Source: an uncultured Nitrososphaerota archaeon
GTDB lineage: Archaea; Thermoproteota; Nitrososphaeria; Nitrososphaerales; Nitrosopumilaceae
Assembly: GCA_963824385.1 (NCBI GenBank)
Contig: CAWGPD010000001.1
Location: 160,001-224,000, forward strand
Length of the DNA stretch: 64,000 bases
Reading direction: 5' to 3'
Of the stretch, positions 21,538 to 31,998 are shown one piece after another. Position numbers and translations under genes: made by a program. The notes below the pieces were generated by a model. It was not told the origin of the DNA, did not search any database, and saw nothing but the letters and a program-made list of their open reading frames with translations. Each line of letters starts with the position of its first letter. Within the stretch, counting starts at the first letter, position 1.

Positions 21538-21686
21538 TTCTGCCGACTCACCACCCACATCAACCTTAGTTGTTTATTCCACGTAACTATCTCTGATTTT
21601 TAAAAGGCCATTTCAACTAGTGTTAAACTCAGATATGTTCAGGTAAATTAGATAACGCTTTTTTACCCAAGTAAAATAAATACCGC

Positions 21687-22778
21687 GTGATAAAAAAAGC
21701 AGAGATTCAAAAAATTGTCAGTGAGTATTCCGAGCCAATAATTGGAGTGCTTGGAAGTCATTCTGCACTTGAAGTGATGGATGGTGCAAAAGATGAGAAT
21801 TTCAAGACAATAGTAGTTTGCCAAAAGGGAAGAGATGTGCCTTATAGAAGATTTTCAAGATTAGCCGATGAGATTATCATGGTAAACAAGTTCCAAGAAA
21901 TGTTATCTCCAAAGATTCAGACAAGACTTAGAAATTCAAGTACAATTGTTGTTCCACATAGGGCACTTACTGCATATTTAGGATATGATAACGTTGAAAA
22001 CAAATTCAAGGTGCCATTATTTGGAAACCGCGCTTTATTTCAAGCAGAGGAGAGAGCAAACAAGAAAAACCAATACTATTTACTTCAAAAATCCAAGATA
22101 AGATTTCCAAAATTATTCAAAGATCCAAAGGATATTGATAGACCAGTCATAGTAAAAGTTCAAGAAAAAAAACGCAAACTGGAAAGAGCGTTCTTTAATG
22201 TTTCATCATATGCAGAATATAGAGACAAAACGGAGACTAAGATAAGACAAGGTTTGATTTCAAGAGAGGCACTCAAGACTGCAAGCATCGAAGAATTTGT
22301 CATTGGTACTTATTTTAATTTCAATTATTTCCATACCCCAATATCAAACGAAGTAGATTTTCTTGGGATAGAAAGAAGATTACAGACTAATCTTCATGAC
22401 TTTGTCTCATTACCTGCAAAACAGCAGCTTGAGATGAACATTGAATTACAAAATATAGAGGTAGGTCACACGCCGGCAAGTATCAGAGAGTCATTGCTTG
22501 AAAAAGTCATAGACATAGGTGACAAGTTTGTAAATACTGTAAGAAAAGAATATGCACCTGGAATAATTGGTCCATTCTCTTTACAGAGTGTGATAACACG
22601 CGACTTGGACATTGTTGTGTATGATGTATCATTAAGAGTGCCAGGAAATCCAATTCTTGCCACAACCAGTCCATATACCAAATACAAGTATGGAGAAACT
22701 TTTGGTGTAGGACGCAGAATTGCAATGGAGATAAGAAAGGCGCAGCAAGAAGGAAAGCTAGACCAAGTATTGACTTAG
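21687..22778 (+). CDS. purP: Formate-dependent AICAR formyltransferase PurP (ATP-grasp)
   Basis: GSHSAL, GHTPASIRESLL, PGIIGPFSLQ and GRRIAMEI motifs. Confidence 0.92.
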   Translation: MIKKAEIQKIVSEYSEPIIGVLGSHSALEVMDGAKDENFKTIVVCQKGRDVPYRRFSRLADEIIMVNKFQEMLSPKIQTRLRNSSTIVVPHRALTAYLGYDNVENKFKVPLFGNRALFQAEERANKKNQYYLLQKSKIRFPKLFKDPKDIDRPVIVKVQEKKRKLERAFFNVSSYAEYRDKTETKIRQGLISREALKTASIEEFVIGTYFNFNYFHTPISNEVDFLGIERRLQTNLHDFVSLPAKQQLEMNIELQNIEVGHTPASIRESLLEKVIDIGDKFVNTVRKEYAPGIIGPFSLQSVITRDLDIVVYDVSLRVPGNPILATTSPYTKYKYGETFGVGRRIAMEIRKAQQEGKLDQVLT

Positions 22779-23237
22779 GCTTCCATCTTTTCTTTTAAGA
22801 GATTTTTTCTAACCAATATCGGAATATTATAAAATGAAGACTAGTGCTATTGCGTCAGATGCACGATAGTTACGCATTACAAGATCATGTTTCCCTGTAA
22901 AATAGACATTTGCACGTAAGACATTACCGCTCTCGTAAACTTTGATCTTAACTAGAACAAGTTCGTTGAGCTCTGCTATCTCTTCTACCATGTTGTATAT
23001 GGTAGGTATTGCCCCACGCTGCCCTTCCATAAAATTAGTAATGTGTCTTGCCACCTCACCTGAGAAGGCACGCATGTGAAACTCCTTTCCATTAGTTGCA
23101 CTCAATATTAAAAGTCCTTCAACTCCGTATGGGTCTACAAAACCAACATGTGTTATCTTGGTTTCAGCATAATCAGAATCTGGAGGTTCGTCGATCTTCA
23201 CGACTGCTAGTATAACCCAATCACCCAAGATAAACAC
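22775..23237 (-). CDS. Bifunctional nuclease (DUF151) family protein, C-terminal +1 frameshift at about 22840
   Basis: RASDAIAL motif; removing one base at AGACT (22838-42) restores ...ALASFYNIPILVRKNLLKEKMEA*. Confidence 0.8.
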
Positions 23238-23289
23238 TTTGGAGAAATTCAGAGATAGAATTTAATGTCAGGACTCAGACTTTGGACAA

Positions 23290-24129
23290 GTGGAAAAACA
23301 AAAGTCACTAGTAAGATCAAATGTTGCCTTGATACTAATTGGGTTTGTAGCCATAGCCGTTTCTTTTTTGGCATATGCAAAAAACAGCAGTCTGATTGTC
23401 ACTCCTGCAGCTATGCCAGCATTACAAAGATTGGCAATTGCAACGTACGTGGTGTTGTTTGCATCATTTATTGCAATAGGATGGGGATTATACAAAACGT
23501 ACAAAACAAAGATCTCGTCTGGAGATACAACGATTCTTTCAGTTATTGCAAACTCTATAAACAACAAGAGAGCAAAACAGATTTTCATAATCAGTGCATT
23601 AGGATACGGATTATTCTTTGCATTTACATCTGGGATAATAATTTACAAGCCTGACATAAATGCCACAGATTATGGGTTTCCAAAACCTCCACATGTAGAA
23701 CTTTCGCCTTGCTGTGGCTTACCTGGCTACATGCCAATGATCTTTGCATTTTTCACTGAACATGTAGGACTTCAAATCATTCCCTTGAATGCGCTGCTGC
23801 TAGTTTCAGTCTCATTTTTGGTTGGCCTAAATTTTGCCATATCGTCAACAGTATTTTCAGTTGCAAAAAGCGGAGGAAAACTAGGAGCGTTTGGGGCAAT
23901 AACAGGACTTTTTGTCGGATGCCCAACATGTGCTGGAACAGCTTTTACAATGTTATTTGGTTTTGGAACTGGAGTTACAACTTTTACATTATTTCTGACA
24001 AGCTTTGAGGCGCAAGTTCAGACCATGTTTATTGCAATATCAATTCCAGTTCTTCTTATAACTCCAATTATGATGGCCAAAAGGATAAGAGCACAAAATG
24101 GAAGCTGTGCAGTAGAACCTAAACAATAG
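23290..24129 (+). CDS. Multi-pass membrane protein with CC and CxxC motifs
   Basis: About 6 hydrophobic segments; SPCCG and GCPTCAG. Confidence 0.75.
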   Translation: MEKQKSLVRSNVALILIGFVAIAVSFLAYAKNSSLIVTPAAMPALQRLAIATYVVLFASFIAIGWGLYKTYKTKISSGDTTILSVIANSINNKRAKQIFIISALGYGLFFAFTSGIIIYKPDINATDYGFPKPPHVELSPCCGLPGYMPMIFAFFTEHVGLQIIPLNALLLVSVSFLVGLNFAISSTVFSVAKSGGKLGAFGAITGLFVGCPTCAGTAFTMLFGFGTGVTTFTLFLTSFEAQVQTMFIAISIPVLLITPIMMAKRIRAQNGSCAVEPKQ

Positions 24130-24382
24130 TTTTTTGCACTAGAGGCCTCTTCCAGTCTCCAATGTCGTAACCAGATTCTCTGAGATATTTCAGAGTAAGT
24201 TTGTAGACTAGTTCATCATGTTGCGCAGACTCTAAAATTACATCCCATCCCACATGACCATTTTCCTTAATTTTTTCTTGCATTTCTAGAGACAGTGTCT
24301 TTGCAATATCTCTGCATTGATCAAAAGTCTTACCGTTCTTGTATGCCCTAGTTCTAGAATCACATGTATCCATCACATTCAA
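24119..24382 (-). CDS. Hypothetical protein
   Basis: 87-aa ORF. Confidence 0.65.
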   Translation of the reverse strand: MNVMDTCDSRTRAYKNGKTFDQCRDIAKTLSLEMQEKIKENGHVGWDVILESAQHDELVYKLTLKYLRESGYDIGDWKRPLVQKTIV

Positions 24383-24478
24383 TGGCTTACAGGTGAAATA
24401 AAAAGATCAACTAATTTAGTGCAATACTAGTTTGAAATTAATATCTTAATAGCCCCCAATCTAGACACATTTTTCATA

Positions 24479-25333
24479 ATGAATAATCCCAATCCCATGG
24501 ATGTCATACTGTGGACATTAAGGCGTAGTGAGGGCGATGTCGTAAATCTTTACAATTACCTGTCAGAATTGATGCAGATTTCAACAGGAGGAAATTTCCT
24601 CAATTTCGGATACTGGAATGAAACTACGAAAAATCCAGTTGATGCACAATCAAATCTTTGTGACATAGTTGGAAGCATGGCGCAGCTAACAGACGCAAAA
24701 AATATTCTAGATGTTGGAAGTGGTTTTTCCGAGCCTGCCTTACTGTGGAAGAAAAATTATCCAGATATAGACATAACGTGCTTGAACATAAACTCAAATC
24801 AACTAAAATCGGCAAGCAAGATATCACATGAAAACGGATGTAAAATCAATCTGCTAAATTCAACTGCAACAAAGATTCCACTGACAAATGAATCATGTGA
24901 CAGAGTGATAGCATTGGAATCAGCACAGCATTTCAAGCCAATTCATGAATTCATATCAGAGGCAAACCGAGTTCTCAAGAAAGGAGGATTCATCATACTT
25001 GCAATCCCCGTTCTTTTAAAACCAACAAAAATGGATATTTTAAAAATTGGCATACTAAAGTTTACTTGGTCTTCTGAGCATTATGATCTAGAGACTGTTA
25101 AAAAAACAATTAATGATGCCGGTCTAAATATCATGGAAACCCAGCTAATTGGATCAAAAGTATATTCGCCCTTGGCAGATTATTATATAAAAAATCATGA
25201 ATTTTTAAGAACCAAGATTCTAAAAATATATCCATTCTACGTAGAGAAGATATTATTCAAGTCAATGCTAAAGATGAAGGAAGCTGCAAGAGATCAAACT
25301 ATTGAATATGCTCTAGTAAAATGTACAAAGTAA
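24479..25333 (+). CDS. Class I SAM-dependent methyltransferase (sterol/tocopherol MT-like)
   Basis: LNFGYW, ILDVGSG, ALESAQHF and RVLKKGG motifs. Confidence 0.9.
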   Translation: MNNPNPMDVILWTLRRSEGDVVNLYNYLSELMQISTGGNFLNFGYWNETTKNPVDAQSNLCDIVGSMAQLTDAKNILDVGSGFSEPALLWKKNYPDIDITCLNINSNQLKSASKISHENGCKINLLNSTATKIPLTNESCDRVIALESAQHFKPIHEFISEANRVLKKGGFIILAIPVLLKPTKMDILKIGILKFTWSSEHYDLETVKKTINDAGLNIMETQLIGSKVYSPLADYYIKNHEFLRTKILKIYPFYVEKILFKSMLKMKEAARDQTIEYALVKCTK

Positions 25334-25347
25334 AACCTTATCAATCT

Positions 25348-25437
25348 CTAAAATCTATAATTTTTCATAGCATACCATTTCCGTCTGGATGCTTGTCTGC
25401 GTAGGTACTCTCTACGCAGCGCCTTCTTAATTTTCAA
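25348..25437 (-). CDS. 29-aa highly basic micro-protein (not in ORF track)
   Basis: TTG-start MKIKKALRREYLRRQASRRKWYAMKNYRF; TTAAAA TATA-like box about 27 nt upstream. Confidence 0.45.
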   Translation of the reverse strand: MKIKKALRREYLRRQASRRKWYAMKNYRF

Positions 25438-25501
25438 AAATAAATAGTCAATTACAAGTTTTAACCGTAAGAATTATTATCACAAATCAGTAACGAGAAA
25501 C

Positions 25502-25669
25502 ATGGGGCTTTTTAAGAAAAAGGAAGAACCTATTTCAACAAAGTGCAAGGAATGCGGTCTAGAGTTGCACGATCCAGTAAGACTAGACAGACATATGAAA
25601 AAAGCACATAAACACGTCTCACAGAAAAACTTTGACGAGCCTGGAACCAACTCTGGTGGAATGTGGTAA
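25502..25669 (+). CDS. 55-aa C2H2 zinc-finger micro-protein (not in ORF track)
   Basis: MGLFKKKEEPISTKCKECGLELHDPVRLDRHMKKAHKH...: C-x2-C-x12-H-x4-H. Confidence 0.75.
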   Translation: MGLFKKKEEPISTKCKECGLELHDPVRLDRHMKKAHKHVSQKNFDEPGTNSGGMW

Positions 25670-25705
25670 GGTAAGTCTTGTTTATAATCAAAAAGGTAAT
25701 GTAAA

Positions 25706-26329
25706 ATGGTTGCTTTGGATATAATAAACAATTTAGCAAACTTTGTAATTCAAACGATATCAAATGCCGGATATCTAGGAATTTTTGCTCTCATGACAGC
25801 AGAGAGTGCACTGATACCAATTCCAAGTGAAATCATAATGCCATTTTCAGGATATTTAGTATCAACAGGAAAATTCAATCCAGTTTTTGTAATAATTGCA
25901 GGGTCTTTTGGAAATCTTGTTGGTTCTCTTGTTGCATATGTCATTGGCATAAAACTTGGCAGAGAAATTATCTTAAAATATGGAAAGTATATCTTTTTAA
26001 AAAAATCTCATCTAGACTGGACGGAATCATTCTTTAAAAAATATGGTGACAGGTCCACATTTGTAAGTAGACTATTGCCAGCTATTCGAACATACATTTC
26101 ATTACCAGCAGGTATTGCAAAAATGAATTTGAAAAAATTTGCGTTATACACTTTTGTAGGTTCCATCATATGGAGCACAATGCTGACTTATGTTGGAATA
26201 TCCCTGGGGCAAGAATGGGTCAAAATTAGACATTATTCAGATTACGTCGACGGACTAGTCATAATAGGAATCATAATTATCATAATAATCATAATCAAGA
26301 AGAGAATCGGCAAGGCAGAAACTAGCTAG
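25706..26329 (+). CDS. DedA family membrane protein
   Basis: ESALIPIPSE, SRLLPAIRTYISLPAG motifs. Confidence 0.93.
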   Translation: MVALDIINNLANFVIQTISNAGYLGIFALMTAESALIPIPSEIIMPFSGYLVSTGKFNPVFVIIAGSFGNLVGSLVAYVIGIKLGREIILKYGKYIFLKKSHLDWTESFFKKYGDRSTFVSRLLPAIRTYISLPAGIAKMNLKKFALYTFVGSIIWSTMLTYVGISLGQEWVKIRHYSDYVDGLVIIGIIIIIIIIIKKRIGKAETS

Positions 26330-26607
26330 CGTTCTTTATACTTGCTTAGTTCTTCTAAAATTATCTTAAAAATTGTTTCATTATCAAGCAATACACATGG
26401 AATTTCGTTTTCCTTACATGCCTTGCCAACTTCTACGTCTTCAGTAACTACAACCATGCCATTATCTTCAGCGTATTTTATTACAGAATAGTCACTTGAT
26501 AGTTTGTTTCCTTCTGAGATTAGTTTTTTAACACTAAATGCCTGATAGCCAAATTCTTTGAGTTTTGTATCTATTCCGTCATACATTTCATCAACTAGTA
26601 CCTTCAT
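26326..26607 (-). CDS. PIN-like (DUF5615/Mut7-C N-terminal) protein
   Basis: MKVLVDEM, SD-x2-VI and VVVTED motifs. Confidence 0.75.
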   Translation of the reverse strand: MKVLVDEMYDGIDTKLKEFGYQAFSVKKLISEGNKLSSDYSVIKYAEDNGMVVVTEDVEVGKACKENEIPCVLLDNETIFKIILEELSKYKER

Positions 26608-26840
26608 TATCTGTATTCGATTGAGACTTCTATTATTATGTTAGTATGGAAAAATCATATTTTTTGAACTTCTTTTTCTGAGATAACAAACCCAAAATGA
26701 ACATGTTTGAATTTTGCTAAAACACATTTATGAAAAATTCTTCAATAAATCTTTTCAAATATAGGAATTACATAGAGACTGTAAAACAAGGTTTTGATCC
26801 TTGAATAAGACGTATATAAGTCCAAATTTTCCCTTAGGTT

Positions 26841-27884
26841 ATGATCAAGACAATCAGCGTTGCAGGACTACAAGAAGGCATGCCGTTTAAGAAACCATCA
26901 ATAGAACTTTCAGAACTTTCAGAGATTACATCTTCAGGACATCTTACATGGATTGAATGTGTTGTTGATAGCATCATGGATGACACTCCAATAATTCTAG
27001 AAAAATTAGGAATCACTATGGATCCATCAGCACTATTATCAGGATATGTATCAAATTACGAAGATAGAATCGATACATTAGGTCTCATGATACCCTTTGT
27101 AGTTCCTGGAAATAACAAAACTTTGACTGCACCCATTTTGATATTCATGAAAAAAGACTTGATAGTTACAGTTCACGATGATTATGGTGGAAAGATAACA
27201 CGTTTGTACAATTATGCTCCCACTGTTTTACGAAAACTTCCAAAAGAAGCAGATAGTTGGGCAGATAGACAAACAATACTGCTAGCAAGAATCATAGATG
27301 AAATTTGCGAAGCCAATTTTTCAATACTGCGACTCATAGTAGAAAGAGCTGAACAATTTGAGATCGATATAGCAGGTTCAAGGCAAGTTACAAGAGATGT
27401 TGCATTGGAGTTATCAAACATGAAGACATCACTTTTGACTTATCTGAATGCAATATGGGCATCTTATGACACAGTTCACAACCTGAAACATGGAGATGCA
27501 GACATGGTATCAGATGATGAAAAAATTCTTGCAAAATTTGAGGTAATCCTTGGTAGATTAGACAGACAGATACAAATGTCTGAAAACGTAATGCAGATGG
27601 TTGCTACTGGTGTCAATGTAGTCCAGACCGAAGTTACAAACAAGGTCACCATTCTCATCATTTGGTGGACTGTGGCTGGAACGGCTGAACTTGTACCAAA
27701 CACTATAGCTACAGTATTTGGATTATATCCCAACCATGAGGCAGTATTTTACCAAATAACTGCCATAGTAATAGCATCAGCAGCAGCAGCAACCGCAGTT
27801 GCTTATTTCTATGTAAGAAAGTTCTTTGGTCAGAAACTAGGCTTTGACAAATTTAAGAGATTTGGAAGAAAGTCTAATAAATAA
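26841..27884 (+). CDS. CorA-family divalent cation transporter (divergent signature)
   Basis: Large soluble domain followed by two C-terminal TM helices with PN-x-IATVFG; canonical GMN absent. Confidence 0.75.
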   Translation: MIKTISVAGLQEGMPFKKPSIELSELSEITSSGHLTWIECVVDSIMDDTPIILEKLGITMDPSALLSGYVSNYEDRIDTLGLMIPFVVPGNNKTLTAPILIFMKKDLIVTVHDDYGGKITRLYNYAPTVLRKLPKEADSWADRQTILLARIIDEICEANFSILRLIVERAEQFEIDIAGSRQVTRDVALELSNMKTSLLTYLNAIWASYDTVHNLKHGDADMVSDDEKILAKFEVILGRLDRQIQMSENVMQMVATGVNVVQTEVTNKVTILIIWWTVAGTAELVPNTIATVFGLYPNHEAVFYQITAIVIASAAAATAVAYFYVRKFFGQKLGFDKFKRFGRKSNK

Positions 27885-27975
27885 TTTTTAAAACGTATCG
27901 ACTTTTTAGAGATTCATATAATTTAACCATAATTCAGTGCAAAAACAGCATATTTTCTTTTAAAATTATTTAAAA

Positions 27976-29781
27976 ATGTCAGAAATCAACAAAACTGCGA
28001 TCTTTGGTTCAGAGTTAAAGATTCATAAATCGAGTTCACCAAATGTCGAAGAATTACGATCTATGAAAGACTTTGGCACCCTTGAATATGTTTTAGACAT
28101 ATACTCAAAAAATTGGACTTGGAAATTAACTGGTTCTAGAGCAGTCAGCATGGTAGCCCGCGTCATACCACATGCATGGTATGGTGACGGTCCAGAAGAG
28201 GCAATCGTTCCAGATACCATCCAAAATGTAGAGAAGATAAAATGGATCATGGATAGATATCCACTTGAGATTAGGTCAAAATCAATATGGCATAGAAAAG
28301 TTCGCAAAGTAATAGTACCACAAAAAAAGTGGACAAGAATTGAAAAGCTTCGAAAAGCAAATCCAGGGCAACAGTTTCGAGGAAAACTTCTTGACTTTCA
28401 AAGAGAAGGGCTTGATTTTCTACTCAAGTCATATGGAAATGCACTCTTGGCTGACGAGATGGGCCTTGGAAAAACTGTGCAGACCTTGGCATATCTTGCT
28501 ACAGAAAAACAAACGTTTCCAGTGTTGATTGTTGCTCCACTGGTAACATTAAACAACTGGCAAAGAGAGACTCAAAAATTCCTTAAAAAACGGAGTCGTA
28601 ATGGAAAAATAACTGAAGATGGATATCCATCATCTGTTTTAATTCGAACCGGTAAATCTCAAGAGATTCCAAAACATGATGTGTATATCATAAACTATGA
28701 TCTGCTTCATAAAAGAATAGACGACCTTTCAAAATTAAATATCAAAACAATTGTATGTGATGAAGTGCAACATCTACGTTCAAAGACAACTAAAAAATAT
28801 ATGGCTGTAAAAAAACTTGCAGCTCTTGATTCAGTAAAATACAGAGTTGGTTTATCTGGAACACCAATTTACAATAGAGGTTCAGAGATATGGCCAATTG
28901 TTGACATATTAAGACCCGGACTTTTAGGCACATTTGATGAATTTTGTGAGTACTTTTGCTATGTTAATGAAAAAGGAAAGGCCATCGTGCTTGAAAACAA
29001 GCGGGCAAGTTTGGGAGAAGAGTTACGCAAGCATGTCATGCTGAGACGAAAAAAATCTGATGTTCTAAAAGAGCTCAAAGAGAAGGTAAGATACAAGGAA
29101 CTGATTGATTCAGATATTAATTATTATCAGGCCGAGCTTGGTAAGATTTGGGAAAGATTAGAAAAAGAACAAAAGACTGCAACAAGTGCATTTGACAAGT
29201 TTTCATCATACAAGAGAGCAATACAGAGTGAGAGACAAGCTGCAGGAGTTGCCAAGGTTCCACATGTCATCGAATTTGTCAAAAATATAATGGAGATTGA
29301 AGAGAGCGTTGTGGTATTTTGTCATCACAAGGCAATACATGAATTACTTCATAGAAATTTGGCAGAGTATGCACCCGCTTCCATAATTGGAGGACAGAGT
29401 GACAAGGAAAGACAAGAAGGTATAGACAGATTCCAAAATGGTGAAACTAAACTCATCATAGCAGGTCTGCGCGCAGGAAATGTCGGCATTAATTTAAGCA
29501 GAGCAAGATACGTAATATTTGCAGAACTTGACTGGAGTCCTGCCATTCACAGACAAGCAGAAGATAGACTACATAGAATAGGTCAAAAAAACACAGTCTT
29601 TGCATATTATTTAATGGGCAATGGAACATTGGATGATCACGTGGCAGACGTATTGGTTGACAAGAGTTATGAAATTGATGCCATCATGGATGAAAAGGTA
29701 GAGACATTTGAAAACAAGGAAAAAGCAGAACTGATTTTAGCGCAGATTCACGACAAATTAGCTGCCAGTATTGGTAGATAG
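27976..29781 (+). CDS. SNF2-family ATPase/helicase
   Basis: LADEMGLGKT, DEVQ, LSGTP, RRKK and QAEDRLHRIGQ motifs. Confidence 0.95.
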   Translation: MSEINKTAIFGSELKIHKSSSPNVEELRSMKDFGTLEYVLDIYSKNWTWKLTGSRAVSMVARVIPHAWYGDGPEEAIVPDTIQNVEKIKWIMDRYPLEIRSKSIWHRKVRKVIVPQKKWTRIEKLRKANPGQQFRGKLLDFQREGLDFLLKSYGNALLADEMGLGKTVQTLAYLATEKQTFPVLIVAPLVTLNNWQRETQKFLKKRSRNGKITEDGYPSSVLIRTGKSQEIPKHDVYIINYDLLHKRIDDLSKLNIKTIVCDEVQHLRSKTTKKYMAVKKLAALDSVKYRVGLSGTPIYNRGSEIWPIVDILRPGLLGTFDEFCEYFCYVNEKGKAIVLENKRASLGEELRKHVMLRRKKSDVLKELKEKVRYKELIDSDINYYQAELGKIWERLEKEQKTATSAFDKFSSYKRAIQSERQAAGVAKVPHVIEFVKNIMEIEESVVVFCHHKAIHELLHRNLAEYAPASIIGGQSDKERQEGIDRFQNGETKLIIAGLRAGNVGINLSRARYVIFAELDWSPAIHRQAEDRLHRIGQKNTVFAYYLMGNGTLDDHVADVLVDKSYEIDAIMDEKVETFENKEKAELILAQIHDKLAASIGR

Positions 29782-29782
29782 A

Positions 29783-29977
29783 TTATCCTTCTCTTACTTT
29801 ATACTGGTCAAAAAAATCCTGACCTTCACCTAATTTCTCTTTTAGAAACGATTCCAACTTCTTTATGACTTCGGCTCTTGGCATTTTTCCTTCTACAGTA
29901 TCATAGTATTGGGATTCTGACTCTCTGAATTTCTTGTAACTCATTGCCTTCATGATACAAATACGAGACACTAACAC
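29783..29977 (-). CDS. Small hypothetical protein
   Basis: ORF of 53-64 aa depending on start. Confidence 0.55.
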   Translation of the reverse strand: MLVSRICIMKAMSYKKFRESESQYYDTVEGKMPRAEVIKKLESFLKEKLGEGQDFFDQYKVREG

Positions 29978-30173
29978 AAGTAGTTTCTGTATTTTGATGC
30001 ATTCAAGGTGTCAAGCATGAATTTGAAAGGTGTTTAGACATGGCATATGCCATCAATATTAGAGGATTTGTCATAATACTAGATTAGTAGAGAAATATTA
30101 GAACCCAGAATGATTAGGAATAGCTTTATTTTTTTGAACATTATGTGTAAAAAATTCAGTCCCAAGAATCAAA

Positions 30174-30362
30174 TTGAAAAATAAAATCAATAAAAAAATG
30201 TCGAATCAAACACTAATGGAACTTGTAAAAATAGCCGACAAGATAACTGTTGACGAAATTAAGGGTAAAAAAGTTACATTGAAGATAAGCTGGTTTGATG
30301 TAAAAGGAGCAAGAAAAACAAAAAAGTTTTTGCTCAATGAAAAAGACAATATTGAATTTTAG
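30174..30362 (+). CDS. Small hypothetical protein
   Basis: 62-aa ORF. Confidence 0.55.
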   Translation: MKNKINKKMSNQTLMELVKIADKITVDEIKGKKVTLKISWFDVKGARKTKKFLLNEKDNIEF

Positions 30363-30656
30363 ATAAGATTCAGTATTTTACATTTCATTACATCCCAACT
30401 CTATTTTTATACAATTTCAGACACAGTATATCCATTAATGAAAATCAAGGTATAGATTTAACAGATCTGGAGCATAATTTACAGTGTCAAAAAATATGAT
30501 TGTGTACGAATAATTATGACTTTAGTATTGTATGCAAAAAAGCCGCATATGTTTAGCAAGTTATTTGTACTATACACTAGAGATTACGAATTCATGGACG
30601 ATGATGACGATGAGGAGTAACAATATCGAGTCAGATTTTTGAATCAATGTCAGTTA

Positions 30657-31088
30657 TTATCCACAGTGTGTCTGGATTATTTCTAAAATATTAAATGGGA
30701 TTTTCCCAAGATCAAGTTGCCTCTCAGAAGATACGAAAAGTACATTCTCGTTTATTGGAAAACTCATCAGTATTACTTTTCCTCTGTATGAAAGTGAGAA
30801 CTCAACTCTACCAAATTCTTCGTCAAACTCATGACGCATTCTCACCCTAAGTGAGAGTTCCATGAACAGCATTTCGTCTTTTTTGGCATCTTCGAGAGAT
30901 TTGAGACCTTGTCTCATTCCACCCGCAACAAGTTTGCCCTTACCGTTGATTATCCTAGCAGACCGAATCATTTCATCCAATTCAAAAACTTTCTTGCATA
31001 TTACATCAAAATTAGACTTGGATTCATCATCAGACATCACCGTAATGAATCCATTCTGGCAAATTAACTTTGGTTTCACCTCAAACAT
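30657..31088 (-). CDS. Roadblock/profilin-like fold protein (thaumarchaeal DUF6659-like)
   Basis: IRSARIINGKGKLVAGG...EFDEEFG-x-V pattern. Confidence 0.75.
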   Translation of the reverse strand: MFEVKPKLICQNGFITVMSDDESKSNFDVICKKVFELDEMIRSARIINGKGKLVAGGMRQGLKSLEDAKKDEMLFMELSLRVRMRHEFDEEFGRVEFSLSYRGKVILMSFPINENVLFVSSERQLDLGKIPFNILEIIQTHCG

Positions 31089-31187
31089 AATTCAGATACT
31101 TTTTTGCAATCCATAGACTGAAAGAGCAAAGTTTATGCATTACAACCAAGTATATCATACACGAATTACAAGGCATTATTTGACAAG

Positions 31188-31541
31188 GTGATGGGAATTG
31201 ATCCCAAAATTCGATTTGCCACAATATTTGACATGAGTGGGAAGGTTTTGTTCAGTGCTCACCGAGAAGGAGTGGAGAACCTGCTTTCATCAGAAGAGAG
31301 TCAGAAATCATTACAGCTTGCAATCAACGCATGGAAGTCTAGAAATGAAGTTTCAGATAAGATAGGAAAGGGAAAATATGCTCTGGTAGAATATGAAAAA
31401 TTAAAACGAATTACAATGCCTTTGGATTCAGAGCACATACTCTACATTACAACGGATGTTGAAGCAGATCATGCTCCAATAATTTACAGAGCATTGAGAT
31501 TGAAAAATGACGCACTACATTCCCCTGAAGGAATGCCCTAG
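31188..31541 (+). CDS. Roadblock-like (DUF6659-like) protein
   Basis: IDPKIRFATIFDMSG...KIGKGKYALVEYEKLKRITMPL. Confidence 0.75.
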   Translation: MMGIDPKIRFATIFDMSGKVLFSAHREGVENLLSSEESQKSLQLAINAWKSRNEVSDKIGKGKYALVEYEKLKRITMPLDSEHILYITTDVEADHAPIIYRALRLKNDALHSPEGMP

Positions 31542-31787
31542 AATAATCAAATTAAAATACTTCTCATACCAATACTAATTAGAAATGCCAATCGATCTAG
31601 TGACAGTGTTGAGTCATATCATAGCATTATGCACTGGTGGAACTATTCACCCATAATCAAAAATTAGACTATATTTATTAAAAAAATTCAGTGTGCGCGG
31701 ACGAGTAGATTTTTCACATTATTGTAACAAATTACACGCTATTGTAGTAGATGATCTAAATAGTGTCATGTACACAATTCTATTGAA

Positions 31788-31982
31788 TTGGATACAATAC
31801 CGTCAAGAGAAAAAATAAAGATCGGAATCAGTGTAGCCATAGTTCAAAAACAGGACCAAAGGTCTGGCAAATTAACTGAGGGAGTAGTGAAACGAATTCT
31901 TACCTCAAGCAGCTTTCATCCTCATGGAATCAAAGTAGAACTAGAAAGTGGGAAGATAGGCAGAGTACAGAAAATATCTTGA
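31788..31982 (+). CDS. YwbE (DUF2196) family protein
   Basis: KQDQRSGKLTEG..ILT..FHPHGIKV motif. Confidence 0.85.
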   Translation: MDTIPSREKIKIGISVAIVQKQDQRSGKLTEGVVKRILTSSSFHPHGIKVELESGKIGRVQKIS

Positions 31983-31998
31983 ATTTCAGTAGGATGAA

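Noticed and set aside
21538..21590. C-rich segment after tatA as a second C/D sRNA
   Set aside because: Only a degenerate C'/D pair on the minus strand (UGAUGU...CAGA); no convincing C or D' box
25397..25419. CTGCGTAG/CTACGCAG hairpin as a stand-alone ncRNA or terminator
   Set aside because: It falls inside the LRR-EY-LRR codons of the basic micro-ORF and is too short to support separately
30516..30620. 34-aa ORF ending DDDDDEE
   Set aside because: Too short, with no motif or clear promoter; cannot be distinguished from chance
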